Shown in pieces: positions 11,801 to 21,518 of a stretch of 64,000 bases of DNA. Positions within the stretch are counted from its first letter, which is position 1; each line of letters starts with the position of its first letter. The notes below the pieces were generated by a model that did not search any database, was not told where the DNA came from, and saw only the letters and a list, made by a program, of their open reading frames with translations. This DNA is from a virus (taxonomy: Duplodnaviria > Caudoviricetes): the IMG/VR virus record IMGVR_UViG_3300025890_000021, positions 1 to 64,000 of that record, one strand, 5' to 3'. The position numbers were made by a program, and so were the translations under genes.

Positions 11801-14800
11801 TACAGAACCTGATTTTAATTTTATAGAATTGGAACCAATAGAAACATGATTCAATGAAGTTTGTCCTATTGTGGTTGTTGCTCCATAATTAGCTAATGTT
11901 GTATTTCCTGCTGCATTCTTTAATGCCATTCCACCTGATGATAACACAACTTGTGTTTGCATTGATGATGAACCAGCTTGTAGTGCAGTTACATCATCTT
12001 CCCATGAACCACTAATCTGTGAACCAAAATCTGAATCAAAGTTATTAATGGTAATCGTACCCGTTACATCAAGAACACCTGTAGTTTTGTTAAATTTTAT
12101 ATGTGATGCTGCAGAGTTTCCAATTAGAATATTACCAGAACCATCTACAAAGAATCCATTACCAGATTGTGCACTTGTTGGTGGTGTTGTACCTAATGCA
12201 ATACTACCACTTCCACCTGCTGCTGAATCTATATCAAGATGGTCTGTATCGAGTTTGAATGCTTGAGTTTTTATATCAATATTATTTCCATCGAAGTGTA
12301 GATAATCTGTACTATTGGTTGCGGTTCCAACTCTAAATTTACCACCACCATCCATGAAGATACCTGTGTTAGCAGTTTCTGTAATACTTGTAGCACTTGT
12401 ACCTAATTTAATTATACCAGTTCCACTACTATCCATAATGATAGTTCCAGCATCTAAATCAAAATTAGCGGCCTTTATATCAAATCCACTTGATGTATTC
12501 TTTATATAATTACTTCCATCTTTTTGGAAATTAAAATATCCACTACCACTTATGATAATTCCATTTGATGCAAAATCTGTTGGTGGGGATGCACCCATAG
12601 AAATTCTTGAAGTTTTATTCGTACCTAATGCGGATATATCTAATGTTGTGGTATCAAGATTAAAGGTATCTGATTTTATATCTATTGCATCTGTATCGGC
12701 ATCATAGTAAATATAAGAAGTACCACTTGTTGCAGTACCAACTCTGAAGTTTCCACCACCATCCATGTAGATACCCTCACCAGCAGTTTCAGATGTTGCA
12801 CTTCCAAGTTTTAAGAAGTTACTTGTACCAGTACCACTTGTTCCACTAATATCAAATCCACCACCTGTGTTAACTCTAAACTTAGTGGTTCTTATATCTA
12901 ACTCATTACCATCATATTTAAAATATTTATTTACATCTGTAACTAAGTGTAATTCTGCAACACCATTATCACTACCAATAATAATACCAGCGTTATCCGT
13001 TCCACTATCAAATGTAACTGAACCAACTTGTAAAAATGCATCAGTACCATTTGATGATAGGTTCATTTCAGGTGATGCTTTTTCACCGAATAATATTTGT
13101 GATGTACTTCCACCAAGTAATGTTATACCTGCGTTTGTAGTAGTATCATATCCTAAACTCATTGATGGTACTTGAGAATTTATTTGGAAATCATCTGCAT
13201 CTATAAACATCGTACCTGTAGTGATATCTACATTTGATGCAGTTATCTCAATCGAATCACTTTGTATATCTAAGTTACCAGTTCCACTATCAAATTTAAT
13301 AAATTGTGATGCATCACCAATTGCAAACTCTTGTGTTGTATTGTTGTTAGCAATCCAAATACCTGCAGTGGTTGAATTAACACTATCTTTACCACTTCTA
13401 ATAATACCTTGTGTTGTACTACCTGTTAATTGTAAATTCTTTGTATCAGTTAAACCAAGTTTAATCTTACCTACATTTGTAGTACCACCATCTAATTCAA
13501 TAACACCTTGTGCCAATGACATAGATGATTGTGTAGAAGAAATTTGTACATCACCATCACCAGCATCCAATTCAAAACTTCTCGCCGCAAATGATAATGC
13601 GTTATCATCAAACTTTATGAAATCAGTTGCATCACCAACTGCAAATTCTATATCTTGGTTATTGTTTGCTAACCAGAATCCCTCTGTTGTAGATGCAGCA
13701 GATGTTTTACCACTAAATATTTCTGCGGTAGATGAAGTACCTTTTATTGTTATTTGTTTATTTGAAGTACTACCAAGAGTAATTGTAGGTGATGTTGTAG
13801 AACCATCAATTACAATTGACCTATCACCATATGATGCTGATTTGTGTTGTGATGATATTTGTAAATCACCCTCGTTTACATCAAGTTCAAATTTTGAAGA
13901 AGTTATATGTACATTACTTCCATCATATTTTATTCCACTTGTGGCATCACCGATATGAAATTCTTGTGTGGTGTTATTATTTGCTAACCAAAAACCTGAT
14001 GTTGAATCACTTACACTTGTTTTACCACTTGCAATATATCCTTGTGTATTACTACCAAGAAGTTTAATTGATTTACTTGTAGTTCCACCGACTGTAATAC
14101 TTGCATCATTTCCATCTTTCTTTAATAATAAATCACCATCTGCAAAACTCATAGATTTTTGACTTGATGATAATCTGAAATCTGTACCGACTGTTACTTC
14201 AAGTTGTTGTGGTTGTATTGTTATATTTCCACTACCATCATTTTGTAAATAATAGTTTGCTGAACCAACTTTAAACGCACCTGTCGTGTACCAATAATTG
14301 TTGTTGTTAATATGTAAACCATCATTCGTACTACTTACATCAATACCCAATCTCATCTCTTCTGCAGCGGATGTTCCAATATGTACGATACCTGTAAACG
14401 AACCTGTCTGTGCAGTTATTGCTCCTTGTAGGAATACATTCTCTGTAAATAATCCAAAACCTGGGTCGGTGTTTCCATAAAGTAATCCACTACTTAATCC
14501 ACTCAAATCTCCTAATCTTGCTTTCAATGATACATCATATAAACCACTACCCGTTCTCTCAACGATATCCATATAAGGTGTTGTTGGGTCATTTGGATTT
14601 GCATTTAATCGTATGTAACCAGTCCCAACTTTACCAGTCGAAACTATTACTTGTGAACCACTATAGAATGTTGCGGTACTTGCTATATCTCCTAATGAAC
14701 CACTCTCGCCAGTAGTACCACTTCCATATGCTCTTGTTACAAATATCTTACCACTAAAATCTGTTAAACTTGTTGGGTTGTTTACTGATGCACTATTAAC

Positions 14801-17800
14801 TAAAACATACTCTGTAGAGAAACCTGTAGTATCTACTTTCTTTATAGATAGGATTTCATTCTGTGAAAAACCACTTGCGTTATCAACTGACATTGTAGTT
14901 TCTGCTGCTGTTACAATACTACCAGATTTTATCGTTGTTGAGTTAGCAACATATAATTGTCCACCAACTGCATTTACACTTTCTTTTTCAAATACTGTCG
15001 TGGACATTGTACCACGAATTCGTGCATTCTCTACTTCTAAGAAACCACCATTTGCAGCAGTTAATCTAAATCCACTACCAGCAACATTGGTTGCGAATCC
15101 AGCAGATTCAATCGTACCATCTTGACGGATAATCATATCCCCACCAGTCAAGGCATCATTACTGATTGTCCAACCAGCTATTTCATTACCCTCTCCACCA
15201 AGTTTAACTAATGTATCTGATGAACCTGTACCACTTCCATCATAAATTTTTAATCCGTATATATCAGAAGCAGCATCACTTATCTCTCCTAATCTTACAA
15301 CCTCATCACCCTCTGCATCAAATACTTGTAACCTACTTGTTGATGAATCTATATCTAAATTTGTAGTATCAAGTTTAAAGTTTGGTGTCTTGATATCAAT
15401 ACCACCATCGAATATAAGATAGTTTGTTGAACTTGCAACGAATTCAGCTTGTGCATTACTTCCATCCATACCAATGATAATACCATTGGTTCCACTACCC
15501 TCATTACCAAAACTTGATTTACCACCCATTGCAATAAACGCATCTGTACCATCACCAACCATTCTGATAGGATTACTACCATCAGGACTTAAACTCATGG
15601 AATTTTGTGTGTTAGATAATTGTAGTGAACCAGCATCTAATTCAAGTTTAGTGGTTTTAATATCTATACCATTATCAAAAATAAAATAATCATTTGCACT
15701 TTTTACAAATTCTGCTTGTGGATTACTTCCATCCATACCAATTAAGATACCTGCAGTTCCACTTCCCTCATCAGAGAAAGTAGATTTAGTTCCCATAACA
15801 ATAAAGTTATCAGTTGCACCACCTTGTATTTTAATCTTATTACCTGAACCAACTTCTATTCGAGAATTTGTTCCATCTAATACCACCTCACCATTTAAAC
15901 TCATGGATTTTTCTGCAGATGATATTTGTAAATCACCACTATTTGCATCCATTTCAAATGTAGTGGTTTTTATATCAACACCACTACCACCATCAAAGAT
16001 GAAATAATTATCTGCAGATTTAACAAACTCTGCTTGTGGATTGGTTGCATCCATACCGATAATAATACCTGAAGTACCACTACCCTCATTTGAGAAACTA
16101 CTCTTACCACCCATCGCGATAAAGTTATCTTGTGCTCCACCTACGATTGTAAGTTGTTTATTTGAATCAGCAGTACCACCTACTAAAATCTTTGAATCTC
16201 CACCGAGTAATCTAATTGCACCCTCACCAATACTCATTGATGCTTCTGTAGAACTTATCTCAATATTGTTTGCATTTAATTCAAAGTTTCTTGTTGCAAT
16301 ATCTACATCAGTATCAAATTTAAAATGTCCTTGACTTCCAACAAAAGAAACTTTTGGTGAAGAACTAACCATACCAAGAAATAGACCTGTTTGTTCATAT
16401 GCCTTTGTAGATTGTCCTATGCTCAAGAATGGACTTGCACCATTTGCTCTCATAAAGAAATCTTCGTTTGTACCCAAAGACATAGAAGCTTCGGTAGATG
16501 ATAATTTAAATCCAGTCGATGTAATGTTTAAATCTGTTACTTGGATATCTACATCAGAACCCGTAATACTAAAGTTACCACCATCAAAAGTTATATTACC
16601 ATCACTATCACCAAACTTAAAGTTACCATCTCCATCCATGAAGATACCACTTCCAGCAATCAAAGATAATTGTTCAGCATCTGGTCCGATTGCTAACTTA
16701 GGTGTTCCACTTCCTTGTAGTATTATTCTACCATATGGATTTCCAGCATTGTGTCCCAAACTCATACTTGCTTCTGCAGTAGAGATTTGGATTGTTGATG
16801 CAGATACTTCTAATTTTTCAGAAGCAAGTGAGAAATCACCACCATCAAATTTTAAGAAGTTAGATGCATTACCAACATGAAACTCTGGGTCTGTATTGTT
16901 ATTTGCTAACCAAAATCCAGCAGTGGTTGATGTTGCAGAATTTTTACCTGTTGCGATATACCCTTGTGTTGCGTTACCAACTATTTCTATTTGTTTTGTA
17001 TTATCTTTACCAATTTTAATTTTGTTGTTAGAACCATCGAGTATAATATTACCCTCACCCAATGACATTGAAGCTTGTTGTGAACTTATCTCTATGTTGT
17101 TTGCATTTAATTCAAAGCCAGATGATAATTCTATTACAAATTGACCATCACCAAATTGTAATCTATCTCCACCACTACCACTACCAATTAAAAACTTACC
17201 ATCACCATCTACATAGAATCCATTACCACTACTATAAGATGTAGGTGGTGTTTGTCCAAGTGCAATCTTTCCATTACTTGTTGCACTATCCATAATGATA
17301 GTTCCAGCATCTAAATCAAAAGTATCTGATGCAATTGTAAATGAACCACCATCTATTCTAAAGAAGTTTGTAGCATTTCCATATACATTTAATGCACCAC
17401 CACCATCCATGTAGATACCAGCAGTGTTTGCGGTTGGTGAATCTGGTCCACCACTTCCACCTAATCTTATAACTCCATTTCCACTATCTCCACTACTATC
17501 CATAATAATAGATGTAGCATCTAAATCAAATGTTCCTGCCTTGATTGTCATAGCAGTACCATCCATCTTTAAGAAATTACTTGCATTTCCTCTTGCTAAG
17601 AAATCACCAGTTCCATCTAAGTAAATACCTTGATTAGTACCATCTACACTTGTGTTAGGTGTTGCACCTAAAGCAATCTTACCATTATTTGTAGCACTAT
17701 CTATTACTAATGTAGAAGTTGCTAAATCAAATGTTTGTGCTTTTATCTCAAATGTACCACCACTCTGTTTTATAAGATTGTTTGCATCTGATTGGAAATT

Positions 17801-20800
17801 AAACTCACCACTACCACTTAAGAATATACCATTGGCACTTAATGATGGTGAAGAACCAAGTTTTATAGTTCCACCATTATCTGTAGATAAATCAAGTGTT
17901 GAAGTATCTATATTTAAATCTTGTGTTTTTAATTTGAAACCATCACTTGTTCGGTTTCGTATAAAATTATTTGAATCTACTTGAAAATTAAATTCACCAC
18001 TACCAGTTATGAAAATACCATTACTTACTAAATCATCTGGTATTGTAGTTCCAAGTGCTATCGAACCTGAATCTGACCTAATCTCAACTTGATTGTTTGG
18101 GTCAAGTAATCTATTTGGGTCTACTACCCAACCACCGATAGATGCAGAACGAAATGCTGCAAAACCTTGTGAATCAATACTTGAAGATGCGTTAGCGACA
18201 GTAGCTGGTGAACCACCAATTGTTGCAGGTGTTAAAATAGAGTTAGCAGATACTGAACCAAGTATCGTAACCCCATCTGTAATTGTACCACCCTCTAATA
18301 AGAAACTACTACCTGTTACATCTCCATTTTGTTTAACATTAAAATTTGATGTACTGATAAACATATATTCATCACTATCAATACCACCTTGTTTTGGTGA
18401 ACCACTAATGAATATTTGTTCACTACTAAATGAATGTGAATCCGTTGTGAATCCCCCAATCAAACCAGAAGATGCTGTAATACTACCCTCGAATGTTGCA
18501 CCACTTGCTATCAAGATACCATCTTTATTAACCATAAAGTTTGGACCCATCTTGATATAGAAATTATCAGGTGATTCTTCAAGTGGTGTGAAATCTATAT
18601 AGTACTCATCTGCTTGAGTTTCAAAACCAGATGATTGTGGGTCTGAACCAGGTCCTTGGTCTGTTTTAAATATCGTAGAATTATCAGCATTAAAGGTAAT
18701 GTTACTACCACTTATTTGTCCACCAATGATTGAGAAATCACCAATGTTACCAGCAGTAGCATTAATTGTACCTGCCATAGTTACATCACCAGCAGGTGTT
18801 AAGTGAAAGTTACTTGAACTAATTTCTATGTTACCATTACTACCACTTACAAATTGTGAATCACTACCCAATAAGAATGTATCCGTTACAACTTCAAAAA
18901 TACTTGGTTGAGTTCTGAACCTCATGTACCTATCAGTAGAACCACCTGCATCAACAATCTCTAATCCAACTCCACCATTATATTCAAATCCACTTGCTTC
19001 AGATGCTGATATTCTAGCGTTAATTGAACCACTATATATCATGAATCCACCGAGATTATTATCTATAGAATGTTGGAATCCTTTGTACCCAACACTTCTT
19101 AAATATGCTGGATTCACACCAAACATCTCCATAGACTCTCCGATTAACATCGAACCAGAAAATACTGCATCTAATCCATCTGCAATAACTGGTGTTGGTC
19201 CAACAAAAGGTACTTTCTCTTTTATTGAGAATGTTTCTGCAAGGTTATTATTTACATCATAAAACTCTACTAAGAAATCATAATTATCAGGTCGTTTTGG
19301 TAGAGGATATGGTAGTGGGATTATACATTCAAAGTAATCAGGATTAAAGTTTGTTTCACTATATGGTCGTAGAACTACATCACTTATGATTGCTCTACCT
19401 TTATTTAATTTAAACCTTACCTTTACTTTCGGGTCACCTAAAGTTGAACTAACAAATGTACTAAATACACTATCTATCCGTGCTTCGTTTACATTTTGAA
19501 AATCATCTATATTGATTTTACCAAGTGTTTGATATTCATCTACACTACCATTCTCTGTAAGTCCTAATGTAGAAACTTGAACTTCACATTCGAAGTTTGT
19601 TTCATCATTACCCTCTTTATCTTCTGCTAATTCTTTATAAAAATATGTATTAAATTGTATTGTGTATGGTACATTCGTTTCTAAATCAAAACTACCAGAT
19701 GTAGTAAATGTTAGATTAGAACCATCTGCATAATTAGAACCACTAATTTGTATACCATCTATTATTTGATTATCATCTCGTGTTATAATAGTATTTGAAC
19801 CACTTACCCAATGGTCTTGAAACACTTCCTTTTTATGAAAGTATCCAATGTTTACAAAACCAGTATCACTAAATGGGTCAACTAATAATTGTGGTGATTC
19901 AATTGGGCCTTCCCACATTGGTTCAAAATCACCAAGTGTACCCTCTGATTTTGCATATACTTTTGCTTTGAATACATCACCACTAAATGTTCTTAAGTTT
20001 GCTGTAGTAACTTTTGCAAAAGACCTAAAGTGTGTTTCAGATAAACTTGCGGTAGGTTGTGGTGTGTATGACATAGTAACTTCCATGTTACTTGTATCAG
20101 TACCACCTGGAAATATTGAGACGGGGAATTTTTCACCTGATAATTTATCAGTAATTAAGAAATCATCCTCTGGTACCATTGTAGTATTATTATTAACTTT
20201 CTTAATACTTGTTACATAGGATGTTGGTATATCAAATTTTTCAGTAGGATATTTTACATTATCTACTTTTGGATTTTTAATTGTTATGGATGAACCAACA
20301 AATGCACTTGATATTGAACCTGCATCATTTTCAGAACCACCCTCTACATCATTTACCTCTATAGTAAACCTATCTATTTCTGGTGATGCTCTTCTTACTA
20401 ACCTACCTCTTGAACGAAAACTCTGATTTTGAAAGGGATTTATTTTTGCTTTTTTACTATTCTTAAATTTTTCTATTTGTTGTCCAATTAAATCTATATC
20501 TTTTGCAGATATTGCTGGATAACCCTCATCGACAGGAACGATATCAGCAGGTGGTGGTGGTAAATTTGGTGCAGGATTAACTCCAACACTACCACTCAAT
20601 ATTATTGGTTCAATATCTCCTGATGGTATAATAAATGGTTTTACAATTTCACTAACCGAGACCGTAGGTTGTCTATAAAAGAATATCGGTTGTTCATTTG
20701 GTATGACAGGATTTATAAAAATTGGTCTTGAGTATCTTACATTATAAACATCTTGAAACTCACTCGGAACATCTTGATTGTTGAACTGATTTACTTGTTC

Positions 20801-21247
20801 TACAAATTCTTCAGGTACATTTCCAGCACCAAATGCTCCAAAAGATGCCGGGTCAAATATATTACCTGTTACTTCATCTTGATTTGTTTCTTGCCCACCA
20901 AAACTTTTGTAATTAGTTTTCAATTCACCAACGAGATACATCACACCATCTCCAGGCACAACATCATCGTATATCTCTATGGATACTCTTCTTGCTTGTC
21001 CCTCAAGGTAATTAGGTACAGGTTCTGTATAGATAGTGTTTCCACCAGCATCCAATATTTCTATTTTAAGTTCAACATTGTTTTTTAAAAATGGTGAACC
21101 TGCTATTAGAAATGATGATTTACCTTGTGGTAATGCGGTAGGGAAATCAAATACTTGGAAAAATCTTGACGATAAGCCAGATTCTTCTTCTAATATATCT
21201 ATATCCTTTAACCCTTGAAACTTATTTATTCTTTTTAATATTGCCAT
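8819..21247 (-). CDS. 4142-aa tail fibre/spike protein with internal repeats and C-terminal peptidase S74 intramolecular chaperone (8819-9145)
   Basis: SDIQFKENV...LKGVEFDW...IGFIAQEV...YNKVVALLVEAVKE plus coiled-coil end; Gly/Ser/Thr-rich beta repeats. Confidence 0.85.
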   Translation of the reverse strand: MAILKRINKFQGLKDIDILEEESGLSSRFFQVFDFPTALPQGKSSFLIAGSPFLKNNVELKIEILDAGGNTIYTEPVPNYLEGQARRVSIEIYDDVVPGDGVMYLVGELKTNYKSFGGQETNQDEVTGNIFDPASFGAFGAGNVPEEFVEQVNQFNNQDVPSEFQDVYNVRYSRPIFINPVIPNEQPIFFYRQPTVSVSEIVKPFIIPSGDIEPIILSGSVGVNPAPNLPPPPADIVPVDEGYPAISAKDIDLIGQQIEKFKNSKKAKINPFQNQSFRSRGRLVRRASPEIDRFTIEVNDVEGGSENDAGSISSAFVGSSITIKNPKVDNVKYPTEKFDIPTSYVTSIKKVNNNTTMVPEDDFLITDKLSGEKFPVSIFPGGTDTSNMEVTMSYTPQPTASLSETHFRSFAKVTTANLRTFSGDVFKAKVYAKSEGTLGDFEPMWEGPIESPQLLVDPFSDTGFVNIGYFHKKEVFQDHWVSGSNTIITRDDNQIIDGIQISGSNYADGSNLTFTTSGSFDLETNVPYTIQFNTYFYKELAEDKEGNDETNFECEVQVSTLGLTENGSVDEYQTLGKINIDDFQNVNEARIDSVFSTFVSSTLGDPKVKVRFKLNKGRAIISDVVLRPYSETNFNPDYFECIIPLPYPLPKRPDNYDFLVEFYDVNNNLAETFSIKEKVPFVGPTPVIADGLDAVFSGSMLIGESMEMFGVNPAYLRSVGYKGFQHSIDNNLGGFMIYSGSINARISASEASGFEYNGGVGLEIVDAGGSTDRYMRFRTQPSIFEVVTDTFLLGSDSQFVSGSNGNIEISSSNFHLTPAGDVTMAGTINATAGNIGDFSIIGGQISGSNITFNADNSTIFKTDQGPGSDPQSSGFETQADEYYIDFTPLEESPDNFYIKMGPNFMVNKDGILIASGATFEGSITASSGLIGGFTTDSHSFSSEQIFISGSPKQGGIDSDEYMFISTSNFNVKQNGDVTGSSFLLEGGTITDGVTILGSVSANSILTPATIGGSPATVANASSSIDSQGFAAFRSASIGGWVVDPNRLLDPNNQVEIRSDSGSIALGTTIPDDLVSNGIFITGSGEFNFQVDSNNFIRNRTSDGFKLKTQDLNIDTSTLDLSTDNGGTIKLGSSPSLSANGIFLSGSGEFNFQSDANNLIKQSGGTFEIKAQTFDLATSTLVIDSATNNGKIALGATPNTSVDGTNQGIYLDGTGDFLARGNASNFLKMDGTAMTIKAGTFDLDATSIIMDSSGDSGNGVIRLGGSGGPDSPTANTAGIYMDGGGALNVYGNATNFFRIDGGSFTIASDTFDLDAGTIIMDSATSNGKIALGQTPPTSYSSGNGFYVDGDGKFLIGSGSGGDRLQFGDGQFVIELSSGFELNANNIEISSQQASMSLGEGNIILDGSNNKIKIGKDNTKQIEIVGNATQGYIATGKNSATSTTAGFWLANNNTDPEFHVGNASNFLKFDGGDFSLASEKLEVSASTIQISTAEASMSLGHNAGNPYGRIILQGSGTPKLAIGPDAEQLSLIAGSGIFMDGDGNFKFGDSDGNITFDGGNFSITGSDVDIQVTDLNITSTGFKLSSTEASMSLGTNEDFFMRANGASPFLSIGQSTKAYEQTGLFLGMVSSSPKVSFVGSQGHFKFDTDVDIATRNFELNANNIEISSTEASMSIGEGAIRLLGGDSKILVGGTADSNKQLTIVGGAQDNFIAMGGKSSFSNEGSGTSGIIIGMDATNPQAEFVKSADNYFIFDGGSGVDIKTTTFEMDANSGDLQISSAEKSMSLNGEVVLDGTNSRIEVGSGNKIKIQGGATDNFIVMGTKSTFSDEGSGTAGILIGMDGSNPQAEFVKSANDYFIFDNGIDIKTTKLELDAGSLQLSNTQNSMSLSPDGSNPIRMVGDGTDAFIAMGGKSSFGNEGSGTNGIIIGMDGSNAQAEFVASSTNYLIFDGGIDIKTPNFKLDTTNLDIDSSTSRLQVFDAEGDEVVRLGEISDAASDIYGLKIYDGSGTGSSDTLVKLGGEGNEIAGWTISNDALTGGDMIIRQDGTIESAGFATNVAGSGFRLTAANGGFLEVENARIRGTMSTTVFEKESVNAVGGQLYVANSTTIKSGSIVTAAETTMSVDNASGFSQNEILSIKKVDTTGFSTEYVLVNSASVNNPTSLTDFSGKIFVTRAYGSGTTGESGSLGDIASTATFYSGSQVIVSTGKVGTGYIRLNANPNDPTTPYMDIVERTGSGLYDVSLKARLGDLSGLSSGLLYGNTDPGFGLFTENVFLQGAITAQTGSFTGIVHIGTSAAEEMRLGIDVSSTNDGLHINNNNYWYTTGAFKVGSANYYLQNDGSGNITIQPQQLEVTVGTDFRLSSSQKSMSFADGDLLLKKDGNDASITVGGTTSKSIKLLGSNTQGYIASGKTSVSDSTSGFWLANNNTTQEFHIGDATSGIKYDGSNVHITSSKFELDVNEGDLQISSQHKSASYGDRSIVIDGSTTSPTITLGSTSNKQITIKGTSSTAEIFSGKTSAASTTEGFWLANNNQDIEFAVGDATDFIKFDDNALSFAARSFELDAGDGDVQISSTQSSMSLAQGVIELDGGTTNVGKIKLGLTDTKNLQLTGSTTQGIIRSGKDSVNSTTAGIWIANNNTTQEFAIGDASQFIKFDSGTGNLDIQSDSIEITASNVDITTGTMFIDADDFQINSQVPSMSLGYDTTTNAGITLLGGSTSQILFGEKASPEMNLSSNGTDAFLQVGSVTFDSGTDNAGIIIGSDNGVAELHLVTDVNKYFKYDGNELDIRTTKFRVNTGGGFDISGTSGTGTSNFLKLGSATSETAGEGIYMDGGGNFRVGTATSGTSYIYYDADTDAIDIKSDTFNLDTTTLDISALGTNKTSRISMGASPPTDFASNGIIISGSGYFNFQKDGSNYIKNTSSGFDIKAANFDLDAGTIIMDSSGTGIIKLGTSATSITETANTGIFMDGGGKFRVGTATNSTDYLHFDGNNIDIKTQAFKLDTDHLDIDSAAGGSGSIALGTTPPTSAQSGNGFFVDGSGNILIGNSAASHIKFNKTTGVLDVTGTITINNFDSDFGSQISGSWEDDVTALQAGSSSMQTQVVLSSGGMALKNAAGNTTLANYGATTTIGQTSLNHVSIGSNSIKLKSGSVDLISMVDDVLTVGNDSNNKITVQPGSMQIGSVANGITMDANGDATFNGAITVTGGDIAGLTGSLDTDINALQAGSSSMQTQVVLTGDGMDLKNAAGNVTVASYGTTSTIGIDADNQSRIFIDSNSVDLIVDDSGTDSVEASFGATSTIGNTAGQHISIDTDSFDIKSDASTTLATFGSTATIGLTTAENVLIDGSGLSVRDNGTTLANFGSTATIGATTAENILINGSGLSVRDNGVTLANFGSSMIVGQSATNKSALRVDSSGNITIGTSNTTNMTITAAGAVTMSGEITAGAGSIGGWSIGGSTITGGNTTLNDNGTITLGASANANVDGTSAGIYMDAGGDFLVFGDAKNLIRFDVSDGDLDIKSEKLELVSTKFTASSADTFIKLGDEIITTGGEWSGSDGAFISGSGEFSFRSGSQFIQAVHEGSNRGLQMNFGNFSVDTSGNMAASNASFAGDISATSGFFGSASNAGWILDETAIRDSDSQVVIDGGRGDDNSFPAKIALNSGSFSAEIIPTFTPANVVLKSGGSAYNAPNQSIDNDSGLNVTSQNVSSGQSTTDIDAYVKAIGPDASGSNGIDVNTSDSGTSPELTGPGTKYQHSLTFSFRIRTDDPGSTPQSGYVSGTATYSLTVGLFDKTNSSFVTGTNTTLTGNFFTDWDYEFDLIGTSPNSYFQASRTFTRTAESTTTQDDHLFEWRIIDASATNNNLVLNYQYNLGGGHQKAGTKALEIEESRINITKVKHQPSNKVVELSPKGFQAVFLGESELENAANKYFRVTPDEEKTIDILGEAVVTGSLKVRGRSTTDTTTIGSDIATTGHIETDEYFKSSTGGSGGYRFENSAAIEYDSSRMQFHVGSVSSEDAYIDASGNFHAKADIVGFSATVSDIQFKENVNPIQDALFKVKQLKGVEFDWKQDYNNKGHDIGFIAQEVEGVKGLEPFVSEHNNIVTNKPSKVVHYNKVVALLVEAVKEQQSQIEELKSEVEELRDGSTR
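11071..11223. repeat. Near-identical 99-nt (33-aa) tandem unit in the giant tail gene
   Basis: aaccaaagtttgctaatgtt..ccattatctctaacacttaatccactaccat starts at 11071 and 11170. Confidence 0.8.
11553..11982. repeat. Exact 37-nt direct repeat (11553-11589 and 11946-11982), in frame and 131 codons apart
   Basis: acaacttgtgtttgcattgatgatgaaccagcttgta, encoding LQAGSSSMQTQVV twice. Confidence 0.85.
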
Positions 21248-21278
21248 ATAGTGAAATTACTCCATAAAAGGATTCTAA

Positions 21279-21286
21279 TATAAATA
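21279..21286 (-). promoter_or_regulatory. TATTTATA motif upstream of the giant tail gene
   Basis: About 30 nt upstream of ATG 21247; divergent region, so orientation is ambiguous here. Confidence 0.4.
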
Positions 21287-21309
21287 TCAAAATTTGAAAT
21301 TTATCTATT

Positions 21310-21317
21310 TATTTATA
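21310..21317 (+). promoter_or_regulatory. TATTTATA motif upstream of the + strand RHH gene
   Basis: About 30 nt upstream of ATG 21348. Confidence 0.4.
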
Positions 21318-21347
21318 TGTATAGAGTGTGTATAAAGTGAGTAGAAT

Positions 21348-21518
21348 ATGAAAAAAAGATATAACTTTACCTTAGATGAGGATATCATGGCTTGGATAAA
21401 GGTTCATTGTAAAGATAACCGAACTAATTGTTCGGCATTTATAAATCAGTTATTGTTGAGAGTGAAACAGAGTAACACTAAAAGTAAAATGTCATCAATC
21501 TCTACTAAACTTAACTGA
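21348..21518 (+). CDS. 56-aa ribbon-helix-helix (CopG/Arc-like) DNA-binding protein (not in the ORF track)
   Basis: MKKRYNFTLDEDIMAWIKVHCKDNRTNCSAFINQLLLR: alternating beta ribbon, helix, turn, S-x-x-I-x-x-L-L helix. Confidence 0.65.
   Translation: MKKRYNFTLDEDIMAWIKVHCKDNRTNCSAFINQLLLRVKQSNTKSKMSSISTKLN

Noticed and set aside
8066-21218. Many + strand ORFs (up to 245 aa) opposite the giant genes
   Set aside because: Antisense shadows of Gly/Ser/Thr/Asp-rich minus-strand codons; no SD sites or motifs. The same applies to most other + strand ORFs in the track.
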